Shown: positions 18,604-28,576, counted from the first letter of the stretch. The stretch: DNA of 60,712 bases from a candidate division WOR-3 bacterium (GCA_016929715.1 JAFGIG010000097.1:1-60712), one strand, 5' to 3'. Program-made: numbers and translations. The notes: generated by a model not told the origin, from the letters alone.

Positions 18604-20916
18604 TTATTTGTATTTTTTTATTCTGTCTTTAATGTCCGAAAAATCCGGGTAAACTTTCATTATCTGAAAAAACTGATGCTTTGCCTTTTCGTCTTCGCCG
18701 TTTTCTTCGTATAAATTGCCAAGAAGATACCTTATGCCGACAAGTTCGTTCTCGTTGAATTCATTTCTCGATAATACTTCCTCAAGCTGTCTGACAGCGG
18801 CGAATTTTTTTTCAAGTTCGATTAGACAGTTCGCTATCATTTCCATGGATTTGACATAAGATTTCTTGGATTTCGTAGCAATGTTGAATTCCTCCATCGC
18901 TTCTTCTATCAAGCCCATTTCCTTGAATGTTATCCCTAAGTCGTAATGCGCGTCGAAATTCTCCCTCTCTGTTGAACTTATGCTCTGATAGACTTCCTCT
19001 TTGAACTCATCTATCAGGGAACCTATGCCCTCTTCGGGTGTTTTGTTTTTCTGATGTTCGTGTTCAAGCAGTTCACTTAGGTTCAAGGATTCGCTGATGT
19101 GACCGTTCATGGCAGGTTTGGCGACGTCCCTTGACGCTACTCCGGGATTATCCGGCGCAATTCTTCTGAGTTTTTTCATGGTGTCTTCAGCGTCAACGAA
19201 AGCGCCTCTGAGTTTCTGACAATCATATAGAGAAATATATGCTTTTACGGCTTTGCCGCTGTCTTCAAGCTTCAGAGCTATCTGAACCATTTTCTGCCTT
19301 GGTCTCAGCTCAAACGGCCTGAGATCCACTATTTTTTCATAAAGGCTCCATGACTTATCTAATTGCGTTTCGTCATAATAGGCGTCCGCGGCTTGATAAA
19401 GATAATCCACGGCTTCTTCAACTTCGCCCACGGAAAGAAGAAGCTCCGCCTGTTCTTCAAATTCTTCCCAAGTAGATCTCTCAGTCAGCATTTTGTTCTG
19501 TGTTTCTTTCAGTTCTCCAATCGCTTTGCTGTCAAGCATTTCTTTTGCGAGCTCAGCGGCAAGATCACTCCATGAGTCAACACTGCCCTCAAGAAGCGAA
19601 TCGAGCGATAAAGACTGATCAAGAGAAGACATGGTCACAGTGTCTTCCCTTTTCTTGACTTTCTCATTGACCTCTATTCTCTGCAGATTGTCCCCGACGA
19701 AAACCGTGTCAGTTGTCTTGATGTCCTTCATTTCCTTTATCAATTCATCAAGGTCAAGACCGGCTATAAGATCCGGAGGTTCCGAATATTCATTTTTGTC
19801 CCCTTCTATCAGATCGAAAAGTTCTTCACTATGCTTGTTCTGCATCTGAGCAGGAGCAATACTTTCAGAAAGTCCTTTGCCCCCTTTTTCTTTTACAGGC
19901 TTTTTTTTCGTTTCGAATATGTCCTCAAGAGTTATACCTTCGTCAACTTTTAAGGCGCTAATGTCAAGTTCAAGGTCTTTTGAGGGTTTTAACTCCTTAT
20001 CTGAATCTTCTTTCGTATCAAGAGAACTAAACGATTCCTCTCCGCCTATTTTTGACAGGGTCGGCAGGGCGGCCAACTGTGAATCTTCAAGTTTTATTTC
20101 AATATACGGATTTGGGACAGCTTCCTTTTCTTTCTCGGCAACTGGAAAATCGTCATAGAAATTCTGCGTTATAGCCGAGGCTATCTCTTCGTTGTCGGCG
20201 GTTTCTTTAGACGCGGCTTCGTCTTCAGAGACGAATTCTCCCAGCATGAAACCGACATCACCTCTTTCATCTTCAGTATATTCTTTTGTCTTTCCTGAGA
20301 TAACAGTAGTCATCTTGGATTTGACAAATTCAATTTTTTTTTCAAGATTGCGGACAATTTTCGGATCGTTCTCTTTCTGAAAATACTTTTTCATAAATTC
20401 ATAATTTTCGATTGCCTTCTGATATTGACCTTTCTGTTCCAGAAGGTCTGAATATTTTTCCCTTATCTGCATGTTCATAGGTTCGAGCTCGACAATTTTG
20501 TCGAATGATTTGAACGCTTCGCTTAAATTGTTCTGTTCGATTTTCTTAAACCCGTAAGAAGTGAGCTCTTTTATCGCTTCTGCTATCATGTTTCTTTTCA
20601 AATACAACTGAGCCTTGTCGAATCCGAGTTCTTCTTCATCGCCTCGCATGATTCTAGATAAACGGCGATAAATTCCGAGCGCTTCATTCCACATATCTAA
20701 TTTCTCGTAGAGCTTCGCGGACATCAAAAAATGTTCTTTGGCATCGTTAATTTTGTTGGTTCTCTCAAAAAGATCTCCAAGTCGCTGATGAACTTCAGGA
20801 GCATCGTTAGAATCGAGAATTTTCCTGCAAATCATTATCGCTTCATCGTAACGCTTTTGGCGCATATAATCAGTAGCCTGTTTCAGAATACGTCTTTCAC
20901 TCTGAGAAAGAGGCAT
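18604..20916 (-). CDS. large cytoplasmic TPR-repeat protein with about 300-aa acidic low-complexity linker
   Basis: 770 aa with no signal peptide or TM. TPR-like helical repeats at both ends, and a D/E/K/S-rich middle (about residues 215-480). TAATG overlap with the upstream ATPase gene. Confidence 0.7.
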   Translation of the reverse strand: MPLSQSERRILKQATDYMRQKRYDEAIMICRKILDSNDAPEVHQRLGDLFERTNKINDAKEHFLMSAKLYEKLDMWNEALGIYRRLSRIMRGDEEELGFDKAQLYLKRNMIAEAIKELTSYGFKKIEQNNLSEAFKSFDKIVELEPMNMQIREKYSDLLEQKGQYQKAIENYEFMKKYFQKENDPKIVRNLEKKIEFVKSKMTTVISGKTKEYTEDERGDVGFMLGEFVSEDEAASKETADNEEIASAITQNFYDDFPVAEKEKEAVPNPYIEIKLEDSQLAALPTLSKIGGEESFSSLDTKEDSDKELKPSKDLELDISALKVDEGITLEDIFETKKKPVKEKGGKGLSESIAPAQMQNKHSEELFDLIEGDKNEYSEPPDLIAGLDLDELIKEMKDIKTTDTVFVGDNLQRIEVNEKVKKREDTVTMSSLDQSLSLDSLLEGSVDSWSDLAAELAKEMLDSKAIGELKETQNKMLTERSTWEEFEEQAELLLSVGEVEEAVDYLYQAADAYYDETQLDKSWSLYEKIVDLRPFELRPRQKMVQIALKLEDSGKAVKAYISLYDCQKLRGAFVDAEDTMKKLRRIAPDNPGVASRDVAKPAMNGHISESLNLSELLEHEHQKNKTPEEGIGSLIDEFKEEVYQSISSTERENFDAHYDLGITFKEMGLIEEAMEEFNIATKSKKSYVKSMEMIANCLIELEKKFAAVRQLEEVLSRNEFNENELVGIRYLLGNLYEENGEDEKAKHQFFQIMKVYPDFSDIKDRIKKYK

Positions 20917-21761
20917 TAAAAATAGTCTCCCTTTCTGAAGCCGAGCATTTCTGCCACTTCTGCAACAAGGTTTTCGTCTATCGGTTTTTTATTGCTCAGA
21001 GCACCTTCAAAAAGAAGGTTATCGCAAATAGAGTTCGTGGTTCTCGGGCTACCCATGGCATACTTGAAAATCAAAGCATAAGCGTTTTGCGTGAAAATTG
21101 AAGGATCTCCTCTCACGGTGGCGAATCTGTGCTGTATGTATTTTACTGTAGACTGAAAGTCCATAGGATTCAAAACAAGTCTTAAAGCAGCTCTTTGGGA
21201 AAGAGATTCGTTTTTGTTAAGGTGTTCAATGAATTCGGTTGTTCCAAAAAGAATAAAAGTCATTATTCTTCGGCTCCCTCTTTCGAGGTTAAGAAAGCCT
21301 CGTATTTCTTCAAGTTGTTCAGGATTTGTCATCTTATTGGCTTCATCTATAAGTATGACGGTATGTTTATTCTCGTTGTCATAAAGAAGCAGTCTTTTCG
21401 TCACAAGAGCCAGAGCTTCCGTCTTGTCATCCGGGATTTCTCTCATTCCGAGAAGACCCGCTATTCTCTTGACGAGCCAACCGGGTTCGAATTCACTGTG
21501 CATAAGGACGAGAAGACCGGATTGAATGTTTTTATCGCTTCTTAAAAGGTGAAGGAGATGTCTTGCCATGGTAGTTTTGCCGGAACCTACACAGCCTGTC
21601 AGAATTCCGAGTCCTTTTCTGTCTTTGGCGATTCTAAGAAGCCGTGAATAAATCCTTGTGTATTCGTTGCCTGGATAAAAGAACCTCAGGTCAGGAACAT
21701 TGTTGAAAGGATCTTCTTTAAGCCCGTAAAAATCCCTGTAGTGCATATATTCTCCTGTCAT
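20916..21761 (-). CDS. ExeA/GspA/MshM-like AAA+ ATPase
   Basis: YRDFYGLKEDPFNNVPDLRFFY N-terminus, GCVGSGKTT Walker A, ILIDEANKM Walker B, and LEEIRGFLNLE..FILFGTTEF..SQRAALRL..GSPRTTNSICDN. This is the ExeA-family pattern without a peptidoglycan-binding domain. Confidence 0.8.
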   Translation of the reverse strand: MTGEYMHYRDFYGLKEDPFNNVPDLRFFYPGNEYTRIYSRLLRIAKDRKGLGILTGCVGSGKTTMARHLLHLLRSDKNIQSGLLVLMHSEFEPGWLVKRIAGLLGMREIPDDKTEALALVTKRLLLYDNENKHTVILIDEANKMTNPEQLEEIRGFLNLERGSRRIMTFILFGTTEFIEHLNKNESLSQRAALRLVLNPMDFQSTVKYIQHRFATVRGDPSIFTQNAYALIFKYAMGSPRTTNSICDNLLFEGALSNKKPIDENLVAEVAEMLGFRKGDYF

Positions 21762-23290
21762 TACAAAAAATCAATGTTGTCTTCCGTCTCTTCTTCTTGT
21801 TCAGGAATCCCGTGCGATTCTTTCTCCGGCAAGGAAAATCCGGGAAATTTTTCTCCGGAAGATTCACCGGTCGGAATGGCGTTAACGCCCTGTGAGGGTT
21901 CAATATTATCGGACACAGTTTTTTCATCCCATTTATATATATATATTTCTTTTTTGTTTTGATCTTCATCGCGTTTCTCTGTTATAACAGGTTTAAGAGA
22001 AAAATATCCTTCTCCGAAAGATTTATAATCATCGCCGTTCTTAATTCCTGGAATCTTTTCAGTTTTGTCCGAAACATTTTCTACACTTGTTTTCTTTTCG
22101 GAGAAAAAATCCTTTCCCGCTTTCGTGTATATACCTATAGTCCCGGTGGATTCGTCGGGTTTTGGTTTTTCAGGCAAAAAATCTACTTTTTCCATTGTCG
22201 ACATTATTTCGCGGGTCAAATCGAGAACTTCTTTATCAGCAGGTTCTTGTTTCTGAACCTTTATAGAACTAATCTCTTCTTTGTTCACTTTTCCTGAATT
22301 GTGAAAAAAATCCATAACTTCATTGGCCCATTCAATGTCATTATTTGCGAGTTCAGAAAACAGGTTTTCTATATATGTCCTTCTCTGCTCTTCGGGATAA
22401 GTGAGAACAGAATACAGATATTCATTTTTAGTCTGCTCGTAAAGAGCTCTCCCGTATAGAGAGTGGGCGAATTTAATGTGGTTTTCAGGGGCTTCAAAGG
22501 GTATTTTGTCAAATATTCCGTCAATATAATTTACAACAAGTTCAGATACGCTTCTTTCAGTAGGTCCGTAATGCGCCGTGTCCTTTGTGCTTTCAATAGT
22601 TTTTTTAAGTTCCTTGACTTCCATAAGACCGCCATAGCCGAGTCTTTCAAGAGCATCAATAGAATTTTTTACTTCGTCGTATCTCTTCAGTTCAATCGCT
22701 CTTTTAGCAAGTTTTATGTATGAATATGCCGCATTTTCATTTGAACCGATTTTTTCAAGATATTTCGGGACTGAAAAATCAAGGCCTTCAGCTGTGTTTT
22801 TAGCAGTGGCTGTTTCAATCATTTTTTTTGTTTTCACAATAGTAGTGATGTCTTCAAAAACTCCTAAAACCTCAGGATTCTGACCTGCATATTGTTTTAG
22901 AGATTCTATATACTGAGAAACCCCTTCTACGTCGTTTCCGTAAGTGACAAAAACATCCCTCACGACGTCGAGAAGTCCGGACCAAAATTTTGCTTGTATT
23001 AGAATCCTGTTTTGGACCTTAAAATAATTTCTGTAATTCTTTTTTGAAAACACTCTCATTGTCTCCATGAAAGCGAGACATTCAAAAAAATCATGCCTTT
23101 TTATGTATTCTTTAATAAGTTCAGAGGATATATCTTCTCCTCTCTTTTTCTGATTGATGTTGAAAAAAACAATAGATCTGAATTCTTTGGAAAGGTCCTC
23201 TTCAGGCAGTTTTTCGCTGAACCTCAAGGCTTCTTCCCATTTTGCTGTTTCGAACAGTTTTTTAAATATTTCTACTTCTTCTTTTTTCAT
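21761..23290 (-). CDS. hypothetical cytoplasmic protein (helical N-terminal two-thirds, acidic disordered tail)
   Basis: 509-aa ORF coupled by overlaps to hutI (4 nt) and the ExeA-like gene (TAATG). I recognise no motif. Confidence 0.6.
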   Translation of the reverse strand: MKKEEVEIFKKLFETAKWEEALRFSEKLPEEDLSKEFRSIVFFNINQKKRGEDISSELIKEYIKRHDFFECLAFMETMRVFSKKNYRNYFKVQNRILIQAKFWSGLLDVVRDVFVTYGNDVEGVSQYIESLKQYAGQNPEVLGVFEDITTIVKTKKMIETATAKNTAEGLDFSVPKYLEKIGSNENAAYSYIKLAKRAIELKRYDEVKNSIDALERLGYGGLMEVKELKKTIESTKDTAHYGPTERSVSELVVNYIDGIFDKIPFEAPENHIKFAHSLYGRALYEQTKNEYLYSVLTYPEEQRRTYIENLFSELANNDIEWANEVMDFFHNSGKVNKEEISSIKVQKQEPADKEVLDLTREIMSTMEKVDFLPEKPKPDESTGTIGIYTKAGKDFFSEKKTSVENVSDKTEKIPGIKNGDDYKSFGEGYFSLKPVITEKRDEDQNKKEIYIYKWDEKTVSDNIEPSQGVNAIPTGESSGEKFPGFSLPEKESHGIPEQEEETEDNIDFL

Positions 23291-24531
23291 TCTGAAACTC
23301 TGATTACCTTCCCGTCTTTTACGACTGTTTTAACGGGATTCTTCCCGACAAAGTAAAAAATTTCTCTCAAATCATTCTCTTGGATAAAAATCATATCGGC
23401 TTTATATCCTTCTTTTATCAATCCCACTGAATTATGAATTCCCAGAGAATACGCCGCGTTCACCGTAATTGCATTGAGGACTTCTTCACAGGAAAGAGCC
23501 AGCTCTATAACTCCTAAACTGCCGATCAGCCAGAGGGACTGAATAGGACAACTGCCTGGATTGAAATCAGAAGCCAAAGCAATAACACAGTTTTTAGAAA
23601 CAGCGCTTCTCGCAGGCGCGTATTTATTTTGACCTAAAATCAATTCAGTCCCGGGCAGAAAAATCATTACGGTATCTGTTTTCGAAATTTTATCAAGATC
23701 ATCTCTATTCATTTCGACGCAATGATCCACCGAAGCCGCTTTATATTCAACTGCGAGGTCAGCAACGCCCGACCTACTGAACTGCTCAGCGTGAAATTTC
23801 ATCCTCAATCCGTTTTTTACGGCAGACTGGGCTATTCTGCGGGAATCCGATGGGCTGAAAACTCCCTTTTCGCAAAACAAATCACAAAACACAGCAAGAC
23901 CTTTTTCTGCGACCCGAGGGATCATTTTTTCACAAACTAAATCGACATATTTGCTTTTATCGGCTTCATACTCCACAGGAATTGCGTGAGCTCCGAGAAA
24001 AGTAGGCACTATTCCTATATTTTTCCTTTCTGAAATATCTCGTATTACTCTGAGCATCTTTATCTCATCATCAATAGTCAGTCCATAGCCTGATTTGATC
24101 TCGACAGTTGTCGTTCCGTAATCGAGAAAGGATTCGATGAACCTTGATGCGAAGTTTTCGATATCCGAAGATTCGGCGCTCCTGACACTTCTGACTGTGC
24201 TGAGAATTCCCCCTCCAGACTCGAGTATTTCCAAATAAGATCTTCCCTGAGAACGTTGGTAAAACTCATTCACTCTTGTGCCGAAAAAAACAGCATGTGT
24301 ATGCGCATCGATAAGCCCCGGAAGAGCAGTCAGTCCCTCAGCGCTGTATAACACATCCACATCTGATGAGGAATAACGGCCCTTTGGAGAGATTTCCTTT
24401 ATGAAGCCATCTTCAGTCAGTATATCCACACCGTTCATTAGGCCGATTTTGCACAAATCATTCCCTCTTTTGGGTATGCTGCCCTCGTTCATGGACACGA
24501 CAGATTTGATGTCCTTAAACAACTTCTTCAT
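23287..24531 (-). CDS. hutI: imidazolonepropionase
   Basis: LPGLIDAHTHAVFFGTRVNEF..GRSYLEILESGGGILSTVRSVR is highly HutI-specific; amidohydrolase fold. Confidence 0.85.
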   Translation of the reverse strand: MKKLFKDIKSVVSMNEGSIPKRGNDLCKIGLMNGVDILTEDGFIKEISPKGRYSSSDVDVLYSAEGLTALPGLIDAHTHAVFFGTRVNEFYQRSQGRSYLEILESGGGILSTVRSVRSAESSDIENFASRFIESFLDYGTTTVEIKSGYGLTIDDEIKMLRVIRDISERKNIGIVPTFLGAHAIPVEYEADKSKYVDLVCEKMIPRVAEKGLAVFCDLFCEKGVFSPSDSRRIAQSAVKNGLRMKFHAEQFSRSGVADLAVEYKAASVDHCVEMNRDDLDKISKTDTVMIFLPGTELILGQNKYAPARSAVSKNCVIALASDFNPGSCPIQSLWLIGSLGVIELALSCEEVLNAITVNAAYSLGIHNSVGLIKEGYKADMIFIQENDLREIFYFVGKNPVKTVVKDGKVIRVSE

Positions 24532-24668
24532 TCAATAACACCGGTCCTTATTAACCGCCCTCATTGTAAAAATATGTATGTTTATCAGCACTTTAGAAAT
24601 AACACCTTAATCAGAACATGTCAAGTTTATGCAAAGTTATGAAATTATGTGTCGCTTTAAGTATTTAT

Positions 24669-24697
24669 TTGAAAATTTACGATAAAGAATATATAAA
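24669..24697 (+). promoter_or_regulatory. sigma70-like promoter upstream of the M1 peptidase gene
   Basis: TTGAAA (24669-24674), N17, TATAAA (24692-24697), 27 nt before GTG 24724. Confidence 0.35.
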
Positions 24698-24723
24698 TAG
24701 AATGAAAGGAAAGACTACTTGAA

Positions 24724-26559
24724 GTGAACTTTTTGACAATTGCTTTTTCGCTGTTTATTTTAAGCGCTTTTCCTGAAGAGGATAAGTTTTCAGACATCAA
24801 TATTTATACCTGGACGGAATCTTTCGGATTTGACGTTTTGAAATACGAATTGGATCTATTTTTTTATGAACCTTTCGACACTCTTTCCGGCAAATGCATG
24901 ATGTTTTCCTCTGCTCTCGGACAAATGAATATAGTAAAGTATCATCTTGGTTCGGATATGAAAATAGACAGTATTTTATTCAACGGCGCCAAAGCTCAAG
25001 TATTTGAAAGAACTCTCGACACAGTAACTCTCAGAACCGAAGTTTTGTTGGATTCAGGGGATTTTTTCTCCGTGACAACATTTTACCACGGGAAACCTTC
25101 TTCCGGCCTTTATACAGCATTCGGCGGTTTTTTTACAGATGTCCAGACCTTACAGGCATCAAAACAATGGTGGCCTTGCGTTGATTTCTGCGGCGAAAAA
25201 TCCGACAGCGGAATCGACATTTCGGTAACTGTTCCTCGGAGCCTTTATGCGGTTTCTAACGGCAATCTGCATTCCATAGACACATTAGAAAATAATAAAC
25301 TGAGGTTCAACTGGAAACACCCTTATCCGATATCTACTTATCTTGTGGCAGTCCTGTGTTCCGATTACGCTATTCTGGAAAAAGATATATGGGCTGGAAA
25401 TCTTATATACTACGCAATTAAAGGAAACGAGAATACAGCTTTGACTATGCTTGACAGTTCGGAAATTATTGTCTCCTTTTTTGAATCTATAATAGCTCCT
25501 TATCCTTTTGCTGGTGAAAAGATAGGCCAGTGCCAATCCGGCGGAAGAGGAGCAATGGAAAATCAGACCTGCATCAGGTATTCTCCCGGAAGCTGGGCGG
25601 CGACTCTCGTCCACGCTCATGAACTCGCCCACACCTGGTGGGGCAACGCAGTTACGTGTTCGGATTATTCAGAGATGTTTATCAACGAAGGAACAGCTTC
25701 ATATTACGAACTTCTTGCAGCTTTGGAGCTTAGGGGCGACAGTATGTTCAAGGAAAGACTTCTCTACATCAGGGAAAGGGCTTTGAAATGGGATGACGAC
25801 CATCACTGGCCAATAATCGGCAGTCCTGATCCTTTCGGATCAAATGTCTATTGGAAAGGCGCCTGGTTCTACAGAATGCTTCGGGAACTCACGGGAGACA
25901 GTCTTTTTTTTCTTTCAATGAAAAATTTTTATTCCGAATTTCTCTGGAAAAACGCCTCTTCAGAAGATTTGCTGAATACTTTTGAAACCAACTGCGCCAT
26001 GGAATTAAGTTATTTTTTTGAGCAATGGCTGAAAGGGGTTGACTACCCTAATTTGTCTCTTAATTGGTGCGGAAATTCCGAATCCCTTTGCGTTATAATA
26101 TCTCAAAACTCATGGAGCGGCAGAATATACAGCTTCCCTCTCGAAATAGCCCTCTGGAAGGAGGGCAGGGTCGATTCAATTCTTGTTCTATGGATGGATA
26201 TTGACAGTGTTTATGTTATTATCCATCATGATATCCCGGATTCAGTCACGCTCGATCCGGATGACAAACTGTTTTACAGAAAAACAAAAGAAGCATCGGA
26301 AGAGACTGCCGAAAACTATACTGCACTGATTTTCAGAGTAATCACGGGAAAAAGTTTTATTCTCGAATCAAAGTTTTTTGACGGCTCGGTTTTTTTATTC
26401 GATGTCGCCGGCAGAAAGGTTTTAGAGTTCAACATTCACCCCGGAGAAATCCTGCTATGGGAAGGTTTGTCCTCATCCGGCGCTTATCTCCCGAACGGCA
26501 TTTATTTACTGCGTTCAGACCCGCATTATTTGGTCGAAAGCATCTTTGTCATCAAATGA
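24724..26559 (+). CDS. secreted M1-family zinc metallopeptidase (aminopeptidase N-like) with T9SS/FlgD-Ig-type C-terminal domain
   Basis: Signal peptide; GAMEN exopeptidase motif; HELAHTWWGN-x18-E zinc site. C-terminal beta-sandwich tail (FDVAGRKVLEF..LPNGIYLLRS..IFVIK). GTG start. Confidence 0.85.
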   Translation: MNFLTIAFSLFILSAFPEEDKFSDINIYTWTESFGFDVLKYELDLFFYEPFDTLSGKCMMFSSALGQMNIVKYHLGSDMKIDSILFNGAKAQVFERTLDTVTLRTEVLLDSGDFFSVTTFYHGKPSSGLYTAFGGFFTDVQTLQASKQWWPCVDFCGEKSDSGIDISVTVPRSLYAVSNGNLHSIDTLENNKLRFNWKHPYPISTYLVAVLCSDYAILEKDIWAGNLIYYAIKGNENTALTMLDSSEIIVSFFESIIAPYPFAGEKIGQCQSGGRGAMENQTCIRYSPGSWAATLVHAHELAHTWWGNAVTCSDYSEMFINEGTASYYELLAALELRGDSMFKERLLYIRERALKWDDDHHWPIIGSPDPFGSNVYWKGAWFYRMLRELTGDSLFFLSMKNFYSEFLWKNASSEDLLNTFETNCAMELSYFFEQWLKGVDYPNLSLNWCGNSESLCVIISQNSWSGRIYSFPLEIALWKEGRVDSILVLWMDIDSVYVIIHHDIPDSVTLDPDDKLFYRKTKEASEETAENYTALIFRVITGKSFILESKFFDGSVFLFDVAGRKVLEFNIHPGEILLWEGLSSSGAYLPNGIYLLRSDPHYLVESIFVIK

Positions 26560-26574
26560 TAAAAGCGGTGGAAA

Positions 26575-27900
26575 TTGATCAAGTCCTCGGATAAAATTTA
26601 CCTTTCCGGAGTAGCAGGTTCCGGAATGGTTACTCTTGCTTCTTACCTCGTTTCTAAAAATTTCAACATCACGGCTTCAGATAGGCTCTTCGATCAAGGG
26701 AAAGCCCTCTCCCGTGAAGAATATCTGACCGGATTGGGGGTTGAAATTGTAAGAGAAAACGGAGAAAAACTCGAAAAATCCTCAGTTTTGATAAGAAGCT
26801 CGGCCATTGAGGATTCCACGCCTATTATGAAAAAGGCTTTCGAGTTGAATATACCTGTATTTTCAAGATCTGAAACCGTCTCTTTTCTGATTAGTAAAGG
26901 TCATTCAATTTGCGTCGCTGGCACCAGCGGCAAAACTACAACTGCATTTGTCTTGGGACACATTTTCAGATGTTGGGGTAAAAAACCAGTTGTTTTTACA
27001 GGCAACGAAGGAAATCCTCCGGATTTCTCCGACACTGAAAATTTTTTTATTGTGGAAGGGGACGAAAGCGACGGAAATCTTCCTCTCTATAAACCCGACA
27101 CCGGCATTTTGCTGAATATCACAGAGGATCATGCAGGCGTTTTTCTACTCTTGCCTGATTTCAGGCAATTTTGTATGAAGAGCCAAAAGTGCTTTGTCCA
27201 CGAATCCTGTTTCAATATTCTCGGCTTTGGAGTAAAATACCGGACTGAAAATACAATCCTTTCCCGTGAAACAGATCTAAATGGAATTATATGGACGACA
27301 TTTCAAAACGAGGGTGATCTATTCAAGGTGCCTATGTTCGGCGCTCATAATATTGAAAACTGTATTTCAGCCAAGACAATTGCCGTCGAATACGGCGTTC
27401 CCATTGAGACAGTCCAAAATGCTTTGGCTTCGCTTCCTCTCATAAAAAGACGGCTTGAATACAAGGGAAATGTCGCCTCGACGAAGTTTTACGATGACTT
27501 TGCTCATAATCCGGCGAAAATCCGGGCTTCTCTCAAAGCGCTCAAGGAAAATTATAAAAAATTACTCGTAATTTTCAAACCTCACGGTTTCACGCCCGTC
27601 AAAAACTTCGGTAAAGAAATGGCTCTTGCATTTTCAGAATATCTATCCCCTTTCGATTCACTCCACCTGCTCGATGTTTTTTATTCCGGAGGCACAGTTC
27701 CCGAAAGAGAATATGATTCAAAGTATCTTAAAAGTCTTATAAAAAAATTTAACAAGGACATTCCGGTCTCACACGGAACGATGGTTGTCGAAGACTTTGA
27801 TTTCAGCTCTTTCGATGCCGTTGTGACTATGGGTGCGCGGGATCCTGAACTCGGAGAGATGACTGATGAAATCAGAAAAAAAAAGCAGAGACAGTTATAG
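26575..27900 (+). CDS. Mur ligase family protein (MurC/Mpl-like paralog)
   Basis: GVAGSGM N-terminal motif, GTSGKTTT P-loop, EGDESDG, NITEDH and FAHNPAK motifs. It is a second copy, distinct from dcw murC. TTG start. Confidence 0.8.
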   Translation: MIKSSDKIYLSGVAGSGMVTLASYLVSKNFNITASDRLFDQGKALSREEYLTGLGVEIVRENGEKLEKSSVLIRSSAIEDSTPIMKKAFELNIPVFSRSETVSFLISKGHSICVAGTSGKTTTAFVLGHIFRCWGKKPVVFTGNEGNPPDFSDTENFFIVEGDESDGNLPLYKPDTGILLNITEDHAGVFLLLPDFRQFCMKSQKCFVHESCFNILGFGVKYRTENTILSRETDLNGIIWTTFQNEGDLFKVPMFGAHNIENCISAKTIAVEYGVPIETVQNALASLPLIKRRLEYKGNVASTKFYDDFAHNPAKIRASLKALKENYKKLLVIFKPHGFTPVKNFGKEMALAFSEYLSPFDSLHLLDVFYSGGTVPEREYDSKYLKSLIKKFNKDIPVSHGTMVVEDFDFSSFDAVVTMGARDPELGEMTDEIRKKKQRQL

Positions 27901-28576
27901 ACCCGGTCACAGAAAAAGGCTCAGAGAAAGATATTTTGAAAATGGCATCCAATCCCTGACAGATATAGATATAGTGGAGCTTTTACTCACGTTTGGCGTC
28001 CCGAGAACAGATATGCGCGCTCAGGCTATCGAGATTTTAAATAAATTCGGATCGCTTTATTCTGTTTTCAACGCGGAAAAGGCTGAACTCGCTCAAATCA
28101 ACGGCGTTGGAGATTCAGCCGCTTTTGGAATTCTTTTCACAGCAGCTGCATACAAAAGAGCATATCATGAAAGCGTTGAAAAGATCGAAATCAAAATTGA
28201 CAATTACAATAAAGCAGTGAAAGAGCTTGAAAAAAAAATGTCGGTTTCTCTGGGCGCTCTCAAAGATGAGCATGTTTATTCTCTGTATCTCGACAATGCC
28301 GGTCATGTCTTGAAATACGAAGCCATATCAAAAGGAACAGTAGGTCAGGCAGAAGTTTACCCAAGGAAAATTCTTGAAACGGCACTTTTGAAAAAAGCAT
28401 CTTCAGTGATTCTTGTCCACAACCATCCATCAGACAATCCTCAACCATCAGAAACAGATATAACCCTAACCAAAAAGATAGAAAAAGTCCTGTCAACGGC
28501 TGAAATAAGCCTTCTGGATCACATAATAGTTTCAAAAAGCGGAATATACAGCTTCAGAGAAAACGGATTCTTCTGA
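27866..28576 (+). CDS. radC: RadC-family JAB/MPN domain protein
   Basis: HhH-like N-terminal region (ELLLTFG..INGVGDSAA) and JAMM motif HNHPSDNPQPSETD. Confidence 0.88.
   Translation: MKSEKKSRDSYRPGHRKRLRERYFENGIQSLTDIDIVELLLTFGVPRTDMRAQAIEILNKFGSLYSVFNAEKAELAQINGVGDSAAFGILFTAAAYKRAYHESVEKIEIKIDNYNKAVKELEKKMSVSLGALKDEHVYSLYLDNAGHVLKYEAISKGTVGQAEVYPRKILETALLKKASSVILVHNHPSDNPQPSETDITLTKKIEKVLSTAEISLLDHIIVSKSGIYSFRENGFF

Noticed and set aside
18604-21761. ExeA-like ATPase + TPR protein as part of a T2SS/MSHA pilus or PEP-CTERM locus
   Set aside because: The window has no secretin, pilin, prepilin peptidase, exosortase or EPS genes. Both proteins lack signal peptides and TM segments, and the ATPase lacks a PG-binding domain. 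It is reported instead as an uncharacterised cassette.
23287-24531. hutI as evidence for a histidine-utilisation (hut) operon
   Set aside because: No hutH, hutU or hutG is adjacent. The gene is instead coupled to the unknown ExeA/TPR cassette. The HutI call is kept on sequence motifs, but no operon-level hut claim is made.
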